Below, in pieces: positions 1-10,581 of a stretch of DNA of 64,000 nucleotides. Numbering within the stretch: the first letter of the stretch is position 1; each line of letters opens with the position of its first letter. The notes under the pieces were generated by a model. That model had not been told where the DNA came from. It did not search any database and was given only the letters and a program-made list of their open reading frames with translations. Both the position numbers and the translations under genes were made by a program. This stretch comes from Rickettsiales bacterium. Its GTDB lineage: Bacteria; Pseudomonadota; Alphaproteobacteria; Rickettsiales; UBA1997. The stretch spans positions 1,315-65,314 of the forward strand of contig JAGAUJ010000012.1 in assembly GCA_017620845.1 (NCBI GenBank), read 5' to 3'.

Positions 1-31
1 ATTATCATGATTAAAAATAACCAAAACTTAT

Positions 32-640
32 ATGAAAAGTTTTACAAAAACAATGATTTTAATAACAACATTTATTTTATATATGACAATAAGTAATATC
101 TCTGCAAAGGAAATTAAATTAGAGCAACCAAATTTGGATGATTCTTTTTTAAAGATCTTAAATAATAGAGTTTCAACAAGAGATTATGATAACACGCGAA
201 AAATTGATAACAAAACTTTAAGCGAAATATTATGGTCTGCTTTTGGTATTACAAGATTAGAAGAAACAAAAAGAACAATTCCAACTGCTCTAAATAAGCA
301 AGATTTAGAGATTTATGTTATTAAAAAAGATGGAACTTGGTTATATGATGCCAAAAAATTAATATTAAAATTAATAACAAATAAAGATTTAACAAGTTAT
401 TTTAATACACAGGATTATATGCCAGATGTAGATATAATATTATTATATATAACAAAAGAAGAAAATGATTATTCTTTAATGCATGCTGGTTCTGCTTATC
501 AAAATGTTGCTCTTTATTGTGCTAAAAACGGAATTGGAAATATAGTAAGGGGTTATTTTGATAAAGAAGGAATTGCAAAAGAATTACAAATTGATAATGA
601 TAATGTTATAATTTCACAAGCAATTGGATATAAAAAATAA
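32..640 (+). CDS. Nitroreductase family protein (SagB/ThcOx-like) with N-terminal signal peptide
   Basis: NRVSTRDY FMN-binding motif, LWSAFG...RTIPTALN, HAGSAYQNVALYC; hydrophobic N-terminus ending ISA-K. Confidence 0.85.
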   Translation: MKSFTKTMILITTFILYMTISNISAKEIKLEQPNLDDSFLKILNNRVSTRDYDNTRKIDNKTLSEILWSAFGITRLEETKRTIPTALNKQDLEIYVIKKDGTWLYDAKKLILKLITNKDLTSYFNTQDYMPDVDIILLYITKEENDYSLMHAGSAYQNVALYCAKNGIGNIVRGYFDKEGIAKELQIDNDNVIISQAIGYKK

Positions 641-641
641 T

Positions 642-1340
642 ATGTTTAAGATTATAAAAATAGAAGAAACAACAACAGTAATGGACTATATAAAACAATT
701 TAATATAAATACTGTTGTTATTGCAAATAAACAAACAAAAGGTAGAGGTAAGGGAAATAGAACTTGGATTTCGCAGAAATCTAATAATCTATATATGGCA
801 ATAAGTATGGATTCTTCAAATAAAAATATTAACTATTTTAACTATTGTTTTATATCTGCTATTGTTATGGTGGAAAGTTTAAAAGAGTTAATTAATGTAG
901 ATGTTAATTTAAAAATAAAATGGCCAAATGATATTTTATTAAATAATAAAAAAATTTGTGGTATTTTATTAGAAAACGATTTACAAAGAAATGTTTTAAT
1001 AATTGGAATTGGTGTAAATATTGATTATTCACCAGTATTTGATAATAAGATGTTATTTCCGCCAACTAATGTAAAAAGAGAGGGATTTATAGTAAATAAA
1101 GATGAATTAATTGATATTTTTTTGAAGAAGTTTAAAGAATTTGATGCAAATAATTTTACTTTAATAAAAGATAAATTAGTAAAATATTTTTATAATTTTG
1201 GTAAAGAAATTGTTGTAAAAAATGATGATAGAGAAATTGTTGGGGTATTTAAAGATATTGATAATGATGGAAGTTTAATTTTAGAATGCGATAGTGTAGA
1301 AAAAAAATTTTTTTCAGGCGATGTATTTGAATTAAATTGA
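642..1340 (+). CDS. birA: Biotin--[acetyl-CoA-carboxylase] ligase, group I (no HTH)
   Basis: QTKGRGKGNRTW, KWPND, KKICGILLE, GIGVN motifs. ATG at 642, directly after the upstream stop, is a more plausible start than 624. Confidence 0.93.
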   Translation: MFKIIKIEETTTVMDYIKQFNINTVVIANKQTKGRGKGNRTWISQKSNNLYMAISMDSSNKNINYFNYCFISAIVMVESLKELINVDVNLKIKWPNDILLNNKKICGILLENDLQRNVLIIGIGVNIDYSPVFDNKMLFPPTNVKREGFIVNKDELIDIFLKKFKEFDANNFTLIKDKLVKYFYNFGKEIVVKNDDREIVGVFKDIDNDGSLILECDSVEKKFFSGDVFELN

Positions 1341-1460
1341 TGTCACTAATAAATTTTTAATTTATGTTGCTATTAGGTGTTTTTTTAAACTACATGAATT
1401 AATTTTTTGTTTCATAATAGGTAATTTTGTAACGCATTTTGGTATTTTATTAAAAAAATG

Positions 1461-1488
1461 TTGCTATTTGTTAAAAAATAGTTATAAT
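1461..1488 (+). promoter_or_regulatory. Putative sigma70 promoter of the TacA-like regulator/transglutaminase operon
   Basis: TTGCTA-16 nt-TATAAT; would place the start codon at ATG 1520 rather than 1493. Confidence 0.45.
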
Positions 1489-1519
1489 AAAAATGTATAT
1501 TAAAAAAATAAATAAACTT

Positions 1520-2842
1520 ATGGAGACAAAAATAGCATTGTTTAATGTATCTAAGAAAATAATAGATCTTATTGATACAAAAAAATTTCAAGTTATGGAA
1601 TTTAATAATTTTGAAAAAATGACACTTTCACTAAAAAATATAAAAGTTCTTATTGTGGATTTGGAACAAAAAATGAATTTTAAGGAATTTTTTAAGAGTG
1701 TTAAAAGCATAAATGAAAATATATTAATTTTAGGTCTTATAAGTTTTAATAGATTAAGAATTGCAACAAAACTTTTAAAAGATGACCTAACTGATTATAT
1801 GATACAAGATAATATTGAAAATTTGAGTGATATAAATACAAGGCTTGAACAAATCATAAATAATTCACAAAAAAAGACTGACAAAATGAAAAATATATCA
1901 ATGTTTGAATTTGTAAATTTGAATACTGAAATCAAAAAAACAATGAATAACATTATAAAAATTTCAAATGCTAATATACCAATATTAATACAAGGAGAAC
2001 AGGGTTGCGAACATGAAATGTATGCTGAAATTATACATCAAGTGAGCGACAGAAAAGACAAACCTTTCTTAAACGTTTTCTGCCCAAGTCTTAATCAAGA
2101 AAATATGGAAAGAGTGCTTTATGGTGATAAAGAAATGATTGGAAAACTTGAACAAGCAAGCAATGGAACTATATTTTTTGAAAATATAGATTTATTGGAT
2201 ACAAATATGCAAAATATTTTAACAAGAATTCTTGAAAGAAGAGAAGTTGATGGAATAGGTGGAACTAAAAAGACTTTTAATTTAAGAATGATAGCAAGTT
2301 CAACTAAAAATTTAGAAGAAGAAGCGAGAAAAGGAAGATTTAATGAGGATTTATATTTTATGATTAATGGTTATACCTTAAATATTCCACCATTAAGGGA
2401 AATGAGAAATGTTATTCCTTTACTTGTTAAAAATCTTTATAAACATTATTCAATGGAACAAGGAAAATTAATAAAAGGTATAACAAATAAAGCATTAAAA
2501 ATTTTAGAAACTTATGACTGGCCTGGTAATATTAAAGAAATAAAAAATGTAATTCATAGGGCAGTTATATTAAACAATACTTCTTTGTTGGATGAAAAAG
2601 ATTTCTTGAATTTAAAAGGTAAAAATGCAATTGAAGATAAAAATAATTTTGATATTAAAGATGATTTATATTCAATAAGTTTATTTAATGCTGATGGTAG
2701 TTTGAAGGATATGAAAACATTAGAATATGAAATAGTTGATAAATATATGAATATTAATGATGGAAATATTACAGAAACTGCTAAGGCTTTAAAATTAGGA
2801 AGAACAACTTTATATAGAAAATTAGAAAGAAATGAAGAATAA
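1520..2842 (+). CDS. Degenerate NtrC/TacA-like enhancer-binding protein (receiver-AAA+-Fis HTH)
   Basis: ILIQGEQG, RMIASS...GRFNEDLYF, YDWPGNIKEIKNVIHRAVIL, C-terminal TAKALKLGRTTLYRKL; Walker A/B degenerate and GAFTGA absent. Confidence 0.85.
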   Translation: METKIALFNVSKKIIDLIDTKKFQVMEFNNFEKMTLSLKNIKVLIVDLEQKMNFKEFFKSVKSINENILILGLISFNRLRIATKLLKDDLTDYMIQDNIENLSDINTRLEQIINNSQKKTDKMKNISMFEFVNLNTEIKKTMNNIIKISNANIPILIQGEQGCEHEMYAEIIHQVSDRKDKPFLNVFCPSLNQENMERVLYGDKEMIGKLEQASNGTIFFENIDLLDTNMQNILTRILERREVDGIGGTKKTFNLRMIASSTKNLEEEARKGRFNEDLYFMINGYTLNIPPLREMRNVIPLLVKNLYKHYSMEQGKLIKGITNKALKILETYDWPGNIKEIKNVIHRAVILNNTSLLDEKDFLNLKGKNAIEDKNNFDIKDDLYSISLFNADGSLKDMKTLEYEIVDKYMNINDGNITETAKALKLGRTTLYRKLERNEE

Positions 2843-4214
2843 GGGTTCATTTTTTATATATTGTATATTTTATTTTACATTTATTATAATTTTTTTGACT
2901 TTTAGATCTGCTTTTGCAGATTTAAAAGTTGAGGAATGGCGACAAAGAAATACATTTACAAAATTTGGACAAGAGGTTGAAGTTAAAGTAAAATTAAAAG
3001 CTGTAAATCTTAAACCTAATTATTATCACGATTATTGGGGTTATATTTTTGATGATAATAGTAGAATAAATGTTTTAGAAGCAAGAGTTGTTAATTCGCA
3101 TAAATATAAGAGCACATTTGGGGATAATACTTTAAAAATACAATTTGATAAATTGTATAACAATAGGACTGTTACTTTGTATTTTAAATATGAAGTTTTA
3201 AATAAAGAAATAGATAATATAAAGTATATTAGAAGAGAGTGGGTGCAAATACCAAAATTTGCTGGTGGTGCAAAAGGTGAACTGATTGTTAAAACTCTTG
3301 AAAATATGGATGTTTATTCTACACACGATATATTTAAAAATACTTATGATGCTTATTATTGGATTGGTATAATTAGTAAAAATGGGATTACTGAATTGTT
3401 CCAAATGACTTTAAAAGAGGCTGAATGGAGAGTATCAACTGTTGTGGATATAAAAAATACCGCTGGTTCTTTGAATAATTTAAAAGTTGTTGTTCCACTT
3501 AATTTTATTGGTGGGAATAATGACATTATTAATTATAATATATCAAATAATCAAATAAATTATATTGATAATAAAATTATTAAGAAAAATAAAGAGGATG
3601 CAGAAGTTAGATTTTTAAAATATCATCAAAATAATGGTTTTGTTAAAATAGATGCAAGAATAAGAAATAATTATAATAATTTTTATTGGTTAAATGATTT
3701 TGATATACAAGATACTTTAAAAATAAACCAAAATTATGTAAGTGATTATAATAGTTTAATAAATAAAATTGAAAGTGAGGATGGAACAAATTTGCCAACT
3801 CATGTAAAAATTGCAAAGTGGGTAAATAAAAATATTAAGTATAATTTGCATTATATTGGAAGAAAAATGACGTCAAAGGAAATACTTAATTTGGGGCAGG
3901 GTGTTTGTGAACATTATTCAGTTTTATATCAAGATTTGTTGCGAAGTATAGGTATTCCAGCAAAAACTATTAGTGGCATAAGTTATGATTTTGATAAACA
4001 AAAGTTTGAAAATCATGCTTGGGTTATGGTAAATTATAATAGTCAATGGTTGCCGATAGATCCTACTTGGGGCATATATTCTGGAAAATTGCCAATTTCG
4101 CATATATTTTTGTATAATGATATAAGAAATCCGGTTAAGTATTCTATGTATGATAGTCTTGATGGTGTAAGTGTGAGTATTGTGAATGGGGCGGAGTTTG
4201 TTGGTGGGATGTAG
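2832..4214 (+). CDS. Exported transglutaminase-like (papain-fold) protein
   Basis: Signal peptide; catalytic triad motifs GVCEHYS, NHAW, IDPTW. Confidence 0.85.
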   Translation: MKNKGSFFIYCIFYFTFIIIFLTFRSAFADLKVEEWRQRNTFTKFGQEVEVKVKLKAVNLKPNYYHDYWGYIFDDNSRINVLEARVVNSHKYKSTFGDNTLKIQFDKLYNNRTVTLYFKYEVLNKEIDNIKYIRREWVQIPKFAGGAKGELIVKTLENMDVYSTHDIFKNTYDAYYWIGIISKNGITELFQMTLKEAEWRVSTVVDIKNTAGSLNNLKVVVPLNFIGGNNDIINYNISNNQINYIDNKIIKKNKEDAEVRFLKYHQNNGFVKIDARIRNNYNNFYWLNDFDIQDTLKINQNYVSDYNSLINKIESEDGTNLPTHVKIAKWVNKNIKYNLHYIGRKMTSKEILNLGQGVCEHYSVLYQDLLRSIGIPAKTISGISYDFDKQKFENHAWVMVNYNSQWLPIDPTWGIYSGKLPISHIFLYNDIRNPVKYSMYDSLDGVSVSIVNGAEFVGGM

Positions 4215-4259
4215 AAATTTACATTACTTTTTTATAAATAAATATATTCATACTTGTTA

Positions 4260-5387
4260 TTATGCATTATAATATTTCTCAATTTCCTCATCCAACCGCC
4301 TCAAGCCTTTTTCAAGTGTCAATCTAAATCTTTCTTCTTCCAACTTTAAAGTATCCATTATTAAAGTCTCATACTCTTTTAACTCTGGGTAGGATTCACC
4401 CATCAAATCAACCAAACAAGGCACAAGTTTATACATAGAAACAGATTTACAACCTAACTTATGTATTTGCAGCATTGCTCGTCGCATTATTCTTCTTAAA
4501 ACATAACCTCTTCCTTCATTTGATGGCAAAACTCCATCTGCTATCAAAAAACTTGAACTTCTTAAATGATCTGCAATTATTCTATGACAAAAAATATCGC
4601 CATCACCAATTATATTTTTGGAATTATTAATTAATTTTTGGAATAAATCAATATCGTAATTATTATGAACGCCTTGTAAAACTGCTGATATCCTTTCAAG
4701 TCCCATACCTGTATCAATGTTTTTACTTGGTAATTCATCTAATTCGCCTTTTTCATTCCTATTAAATTGTGTAAATACAATATTCCATACTTCAATATAT
4801 CTATCTCCATCTTCTTCTGGCGTTCCAGGTAGACCACCAGTAACTTCTTCTCCATGGTCATAAAATATTTCACTACAAGGACCACAAGGGCCGGTATCTC
4901 CCATTTCCCAAAAATTATCTTTTGTAGATATTTTTATTATTTTATCTTCTGGTAAACCAACAGTATTTTTCCAAATATTATATGCTTCATCATCGGTATG
5001 ATATACTGTTACGACTAATTTTTCTTGTGGTATTAATAATTCTTTTGTTAGAAACTCCCAAGCCCAAGTTATCGCTTCTTTTTTAAAATAATCTCCAAAA
5101 GAAAAATTGCCTAACATTTCAAAAAAAGTATGATGTCTTGCTGTGTAACCTACGTTATCAAGATCATTATGTTTACCACCTGCTCTAACACATTTTTGAA
5201 CTGATACTGCTTTGTTAAATTTTGGTTTTTCTACGCCTTTGAAGTAATTTTTAAATTGCACCATCCCTGCATTTGTGAATAACAACGTTGGGTCTTCTGG
5301 AACTAAACTTGATGATTTTATGATTTTACAACCTTTTTTTTCAAAAAATTTTAAATATTTTTCTCTAATTTCACTAACTGTAAACAT
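4260..5387 (-). CDS. alaS: Alanine--tRNA ligase, N-terminal 375 aa only (no editing or C-Ala domain)
   Basis: [50 protein letters not shown]; stops after [11 protein letters not shown] with no continuation in any frame. Confidence 0.93.
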   Translation of the reverse strand: MFTVSEIREKYLKFFEKKGCKIIKSSSLVPEDPTLLFTNAGMVQFKNYFKGVEKPKFNKAVSVQKCVRAGGKHNDLDNVGYTARHHTFFEMLGNFSFGDYFKKEAITWAWEFLTKELLIPQEKLVVTVYHTDDEAYNIWKNTVGLPEDKIIKISTKDNFWEMGDTGPCGPCSEIFYDHGEEVTGGLPGTPEEDGDRYIEVWNIVFTQFNRNEKGELDELPSKNIDTGMGLERISAVLQGVHNNYDIDLFQKLINNSKNIIGDGDIFCHRIIADHLRSSSFLIADGVLPSNEGRGYVLRRIMRRAMLQIHKLGCKSVSMYKLVPCLVDLMGESYPELKEYETLIMDTLKLEEERFRLTLEKGLRRLDEEIEKYYNA

Positions 5388-5492
5388 TTTTTCAGTAAAA
5401 ATAATAACTAAACTGATTATACAACCTATTTTTTTATTTTAAAGAAAAAAATAAGTTGTATACAAATATATAACAATATACAGTTGTTTTAT

Positions 5493-5891
5493 TTATAATT
5501 TTTTGCCCCACATACCATGAAGATTACAATAAGCAAATACTGAAAGTATTTCGCTTGATGTTTTAAAAATAACTTCTGCCTTTTCATTTTTATTTAAAAA
5601 AAATGTTAATCTTTCATTTTTATTTGTTGAAACTTCTATATATTCTATATAATGCTCTTCCGTCATTGGGTGTGGAATTGCACCGACGATTATTTTGTAT
5701 GTTTCATTATCAATTTTTTGTAATACTGGAACGTGTTTTTCACCAGAACCACTTTCATCGTAATTTACTTTTAACAAGTCCATATTTTTGTTACAACAAA
5801 CTAGTTTACCACTTGATTCGTGATTTAATGTTATTATGTTGCCACATATACTACATTTATAGGTTTTGTTATTTCTCATAAAATGAAACAT
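5493..5891 (-). CDS. dfx: Desulfoferrodoxin (2Fe superoxide reductase)
   Basis: YKCSICGN...LVCC desulforedoxin centre; EKHVP, HPMTEEHYI, CNLHG catalytic centre. Confidence 0.93.
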   Translation of the reverse strand: MFHFMRNNKTYKCSICGNIITLNHESSGKLVCCNKNMDLLKVNYDESGSGEKHVPVLQKIDNETYKIIVGAIPHPMTEEHYIEYIEVSTNKNERLTFFLNKNEKAEVIFKTSSEILSVFAYCNLHGMWGKKL

Positions 5892-5946
5892 TTGTTTATG
5901 TATTTTTATAATACATTAAAAATTATAAAAGTAAATAAATGTATTT

Positions 5947-6777
5947 TTATATTTCAATTTCTGGTAGATTATTTTTAGCATATATTAAATATTGTTCTTC
6001 TACATATTTCCACATTTTGTTTCTACTTTTTATTTTATTTATATTAATTTTTGTATTACTGATTAATTCGTATTTTTGTAGAATTTTATATAAAAACTCT
6101 TCGTTTACTCTACAAGAAATTCTTGATAAATCACAGTAAATATCGGATAGACCAGTAAAAGCAAAATCAATAAAGGCACAAATGTTATTGTTGTTATCTA
6201 ATAAAATATTGCCAATATTTAAATCTCCATGAACAAAAACTAAATTGTTTTTTTCGTCTGCTTCTAATTCTAAAAGGCCGGAATAATCATATTCATTATC
6301 GTCGATTTGTGCTAAATTGATAAGAAAATTTGATAGTGTATTTTTGCACTCTTGTGGTATTGAATTGATGTTAATGCTGTGAATTTTATAAAAAAACTCT
6401 GCTATTTCTGTGGTTATTTTGTCTATTTCTTGTGTTGTTAATGTTGATAGTTTGTTGGTTAATGGTGTCCCTGTAATTTTTTTGTGCATTGAAAATGGTC
6501 TGCTACTATCATAACATATTTGCATATCAACAGTTTTTAGATTTATTGTTTGTTTTAAAAAATTGTTTGCAATAACATCTTTTTCCATAACTTGTGAAAA
6601 AAAGTCATTTCTTGGAAATCTAAAAATGTAGTCTTCGTTGGTTGTCCCAACATCTATAACTATATTTGTCCAACCGGTTGATATTTTGTTGATATTTATT
6701 ATTTTTTTGTTTGGAAGGTGGTTTTTTATGATTGCCTCCAAATTTTCTTTTTCTGTAAAAAATGTTAAGTTTTTCAC
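5947..6777 (-). CDS. Aminoglycoside phosphotransferase/choline kinase-like family protein
   Basis: STGWTN glycine loop, YIFRFPR, Brenner motif HGDLNIGNIL, IDF. Confidence 0.8.
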   Translation of the reverse strand: MKNLTFFTEKENLEAIIKNHLPNKKIININKISTGWTNIVIDVGTTNEDYIFRFPRNDFFSQVMEKDVIANNFLKQTINLKTVDMQICYDSSRPFSMHKKITGTPLTNKLSTLTTQEIDKITTEIAEFFYKIHSININSIPQECKNTLSNFLINLAQIDDNEYDYSGLLELEADEKNNLVFVHGDLNIGNILLDNNNNICAFIDFAFTGLSDIYCDLSRISCRVNEEFLYKILQKYELISNTKININKIKSRNKMWKYVEEQYLIYAKNNLPEIEI

Positions 6778-6939
6778 TGTTTTGTTAATTTGTTGAATGT
6801 GTTTGAGATTTTAGTATTTTAAAAATTAAAATCTATTATTTTTTTTAATTATTTCTTGATATATTTAAAAATATAATATAACGTGTTTGTTTAATTATAA
6901 GTGTTAATTTGTGATGTTTATTTGTTCTAGTGTTTAATT

Positions 6940-6975
6940 AAAAAAAATACCCCAAAATAAAACTGGGGTATTTTT
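6940..6975 (-). terminator. Intrinsic terminator after kdsA (possibly bidirectional)
   Basis: AAAAATACCCCA / TGGGGTATTTTT stem with A/T tracts on both sides. Confidence 0.8.
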
Positions 6976-6998
6976 AATTATTTAATAAAAATATTTCT

Positions 6999-7835
6999 TT
7001 ATTTCTTTTTCTTCTTTACAACATCATCAATAGCAACCAAAGTTTTTAAAATTTCTTCCAGTTTATCAAGCCTAACCATATTTGGACCATCACAAGGTGC
7101 AGTATCGGGATCTTGATGAACTTCCATAAACAAAGCGCCAACTCCAACTGCAACCGCAGCCCTTGCTATAACTTGTGCCATTTCCCTATTTCCAATGGTA
7201 CAACCATTGCCGGCACCCGGTCTTTGAACTGAGTGTGTTGCATCACAACAAACGGGGCAACCAGTCTCTGCCATTATTGGATAACAAGTCATATCATTTA
7301 TTAATGTGTTATAACCAAACATTGTTCCCCTATCACAAAGTATAATATTTTTATTTCCAAAAGTATCAAGTTTTTCAACTATATTGTGTGTTTCTTTTGG
7401 TGATAAGAATTGTCCTTTTTTAACATTTATAACTTTGCCAGTTTCTGCTGCTGCTTTTAATAAATCTGTTTGTCTACACAAAAAAGCAGGGATTTGCACA
7501 ACATCTACATAATTAATAATTTCATGTTTAAATTGTTCTGGAGAGTGAAAATCTGTAAGTATTGGACAGCCAACTTTTTCTTTAACTGTTTTAAATACTT
7601 TCACTGCTTTATCAATACCAAGTCCTCTTTTGGCGTTTACGCTGCTTCTATTTGCTTTATCAAAAGATGTTTTAAATATATAATTAATTTTTAATTTATC
7701 ACAGATTTTTTTAATTTCTGTTGCCATCATTACTGCATGTTCCAATGATTCTAACTGACAAGGTCCAGCCATCAAAGTAAATCTTTGACTGTTTGAAATT
7801 TTGAAATTTCCAACTTTTAAAACTCTATTTTTCAT
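6999..7835 (-). CDS. kdsA: Kdo 8-phosphate synthase
   Basis: AGPCQLES, KTSFDKANRSS, QIPAFLCRQTDL, NVKKGQF, DATHSVQRPG. Confidence 0.97.
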   Translation of the reverse strand: MKNRVLKVGNFKISNSQRFTLMAGPCQLESLEHAVMMATEIKKICDKLKINYIFKTSFDKANRSSVNAKRGLGIDKAVKVFKTVKEKVGCPILTDFHSPEQFKHEIINYVDVVQIPAFLCRQTDLLKAAAETGKVINVKKGQFLSPKETHNIVEKLDTFGNKNIILCDRGTMFGYNTLINDMTCYPIMAETGCPVCCDATHSVQRPGAGNGCTIGNREMAQVIARAAVAVGVGALFMEVHQDPDTAPCDGPNMVRLDKLEEILKTLVAIDDVVKKKKK

Positions 7836-7942
7836 AATATTACCATTTTTGTTAATAAATACAACTCTAAATCAATAACACTGTAAAGAGTTATAATAAT
7901 ATGATATATGTATAGTTTTTAAAGTCAATTGTTTTTAATTTA

Positions 7943-8608
7943 TTACAAACAAAACAAATAACCTTTGTGTCTTATTGTTTTTAAGAACTTTGGGTTTTTT
8001 GGGTCAGTTTCAATTTTTTTTCTTAATCTTGTTATTTGAACATCAATACTTCTTTCATCTATGCCATTTAACATTTTACACAAATCTTCTCTTGTTAGAA
8101 CAATGTTTAAGTTGCTAAAAAATATATTTAAAATTTTTATTTCAGTATCTGTTAATTTAATCAAAATATTACTATTATACAATTCGTTTTTATCCAAATT
8201 AAAACTAAAATCATCAAAATTTATTACATTATTATCGCTTGTTCTACTTATTCTTTTTAAAATATTATTTATTCTTAAAACTAATTCTTTTGGTTCAAAT
8301 GGTTTGGATAAATAATCATCAGCACCAGCATATAATCCTTCAATTCTATTTTCTATCTCTCCAAGTGCAGTAAGCATTATTGCTGGTGTGTTGTTATTAT
8401 TTTGTCTTATATTAGTTAAAAATTCAATACCACTTTCATTTGGCATCATATTATCAACAATCATTAAATCAAAAATGTATTTTTGCATTGCACCTCTTGC
8501 CTCTTCTGTATTTGAGGCAGTTGAGACAATAAAATTATTTTTTATTAAGTATTTTTCTAATAACTTTCTAATTCTATCATCATCATCAATAATTAAAATA
8601 TGATACAT
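7943..8608 (-). CDS. OmpR/PhoB family response regulator
   Basis: ILIIDDD, D..MP, GADDYLSKPF, wHTH RSIDVQITRLRKKIETDPKNP. Confidence 0.95.
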   Translation of the reverse strand: MYHILIIDDDDRIRKLLEKYLIKNNFIVSTASNTEEARGAMQKYIFDLMIVDNMMPNESGIEFLTNIRQNNNNTPAIMLTALGEIENRIEGLYAGADDYLSKPFEPKELVLRINNILKRISRTSDNNVINFDDFSFNLDKNELYNSNILIKLTDTEIKILNIFFSNLNIVLTREDLCKMLNGIDERSIDVQITRLRKKIETDPKNPKFLKTIRHKGYLFCL

Positions 8609-8622
8609 AAAAATACTAAATG

Positions 8623-9933
8623 TTAGTAACTTTCAATTAAAGATAAAACATCTCCACAAAAATACAAGGATCCACATATTAAAATTCGTAATTTTTTATT
8701 GTTTTGTATTTCTTTTGTTTTTTGTAGGGCTTCAATTATATTGTTACAGCCATAAAATACATCAATATTAAATTCTTTAAATTCATTTGTAAAGTCTTCT
8801 ATTGATTTGTATTTATCTGTTCCATTATTGTTTGATACAACAATTATTTTGTCAAAAGTATTTTTTATAATATTGATAAATGATTTTGTATCTTTTCTTT
8901 CTAGCATTGAAATAATTAAAATATTTTCTCTATCTTCTTGTTTATTTCTATCTTCAACCCAATTTTTAATTGTTAGAGCACCACCTTCATTATGTCCACC
9001 ATCAAGATATAACTCACTATTATGTTTTATAAATTCTTTTAATTTTGTATTTGTTAAGTTTTGTAGTCTACCTTTCCAAAAAGTTTTACTTATTCCATTA
9101 GATATTTTATTAATATCAATTTTTAATTTATTTTGACATAAAATACTTGCTATTGCAGTTCCAGCATTTATTATTTGATGTTCGCCTTCTAAACCTGGTA
9201 ATGTAGTTTTAAATTGTTGAGAAAAACCAGTAAACTCACACTCAAAATCATTAATTTTTTTAAAAGTATAATCTTTATCAAAAAAATAAATAGGGCAATG
9301 TTTATTATTATCTTGTAAATATTTTGTAATTGTTTCATTCACAATTTCTTCTTGTTTAGATACAACAATAGGGCAGTTATTTTTTGCTATTGAAATTTTT
9401 TCTATGGCAATTTTATCAAGTGTATCACCGAGTATTCTTGTATGATCTAATGAAATCGGTGTTATTATACTAATTGCGCTATTTTCTATTATATTTGAAG
9501 CATCTAATCTACCACCCAAACCAACTTCAAGTATTGTTGCATCTGCTTTGTTTCTTGAAAACGCCATAAAAGCAATCGCTGTTATTATTTCAAAATAACT
9601 TACTTCAAGGTTATATTTCTCTATAATAAATTTACACTCTTCTGCCAATTCATAGTAATAATCATCTGTTATTTCTTTTCCGCAAACTTCAATTCTTTCG
9701 TTAAATCTAACAAGGTGAGGTGAGGTGTTTCTATGAACTGTATAACCTTGCTCTTCAAGTATGTATTTTATAAAAGCACTTGTTGAGCCCTTGCCATTTG
9801 TTCCTGCTATATGAAAAATTGGAGGCATTTTTCTGTGTGGATTATCTAATTTTTGTAATAAGTGTTCTATTCTATCTAAGCCTAATTTTACTGAGTTCAT
9901 TTCTTTTGGATGTGGCCAAGTTGGAAATTGCAT
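8623..9933 (-). CDS. folC: Folylpolyglutamate synthase/dihydrofolate synthase
   Basis: HIAGTNGKGST, TSPHLVRFNERI, LEVGLGGRLDASN, LDGGHN, ICGSLY. Confidence 0.96.
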   Translation of the reverse strand: MQFPTWPHPKEMNSVKLGLDRIEHLLQKLDNPHRKMPPIFHIAGTNGKGSTSAFIKYILEEQGYTVHRNTSPHLVRFNERIEVCGKEITDDYYYELAEECKFIIEKYNLEVSYFEIITAIAFMAFSRNKADATILEVGLGGRLDASNIIENSAISIITPISLDHTRILGDTLDKIAIEKISIAKNNCPIVVSKQEEIVNETITKYLQDNNKHCPIYFFDKDYTFKKINDFECEFTGFSQQFKTTLPGLEGEHQIINAGTAIASILCQNKLKIDINKISNGISKTFWKGRLQNLTNTKLKEFIKHNSELYLDGGHNEGGALTIKNWVEDRNKQEDRENILIISMLERKDTKSFINIIKNTFDKIIVVSNNNGTDKYKSIEDFTNEFKEFNIDVFYGCNNIIEALQKTKEIQNNKKLRILICGSLYFCGDVLSLIESY

Positions 9934-10056
9934 TGTTTATTTTAATATTAGTTGTTAATTTTATTGTAATTATTAATTTTTGTTTTGCAATTTATATTGT
10001 TGCCAATTAGTTTGTAACTATTAAAATTATATTAGTTATATATAAAAAATAAAAAT

Positions 10057-10506
10057 ATGAAAATATTACTTTATCAGCCAGATATAGCAGGAAATGTTGG
10101 GACTATAATGAGAATGGCAGTTTGTTTTGATTTGGAATTAAATATAATTGAGCCTTGTGGTTTTCCATTTGATGAAGATAAAATTTTAAAAAGATCTGCT
10201 ATGGATTATATAAAAAGTGTAAAGTTAAAAAGATACAGTAGTTTTGAAGAGTTTAAAGAACATAATAAAGATTGCAGAATAGTTTTATTAACAACTCAAT
10301 CATTAATACCTTATTATGAGTTTAATTTTAATGAAAATGATGTTTTAATGGTGGGTAGAGAAAGTGCTGGCGTTCCTGATGAAATTCATAATGCTGTAAA
10401 TAATAGATTGTTAATTCCAATGAAAAACGGTGCTCGTTGCTTAAATGTGGCAATAAGTCTATCCATTGTGGTTGGTGAGGCCTTGAGACAGTGTAAGTTG
10501 TATTAA
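10057..10506 (+). CDS. trmL: tRNA (cytidine(34)-2'-O)-methyltransferase
   Basis: LYQPDIAGNVG, KRSAMDY, GRESAG, IPM...RCLNVA SPOUT motifs. Confidence 0.93.
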   Translation: MKILLYQPDIAGNVGTIMRMAVCFDLELNIIEPCGFPFDEDKILKRSAMDYIKSVKLKRYSSFEEFKEHNKDCRIVLLTTQSLIPYYEFNFNENDVLMVGRESAGVPDEIHNAVNNRLLIPMKNGARCLNVAISLSIVVGEALRQCKLY

Positions 10507-10581
10507 TATTAATATACAACTTATAAAATCAATTTATAATTATATTAAATAATGATGTTAACAATATAATTTAATTTTTAA

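Noticed and set aside
1471-1485. CtrA box (TTAA-N7-TTAT) over the TacA-like promoter
   Set aside because: Imperfect, and expected by chance in such AT-rich DNA.
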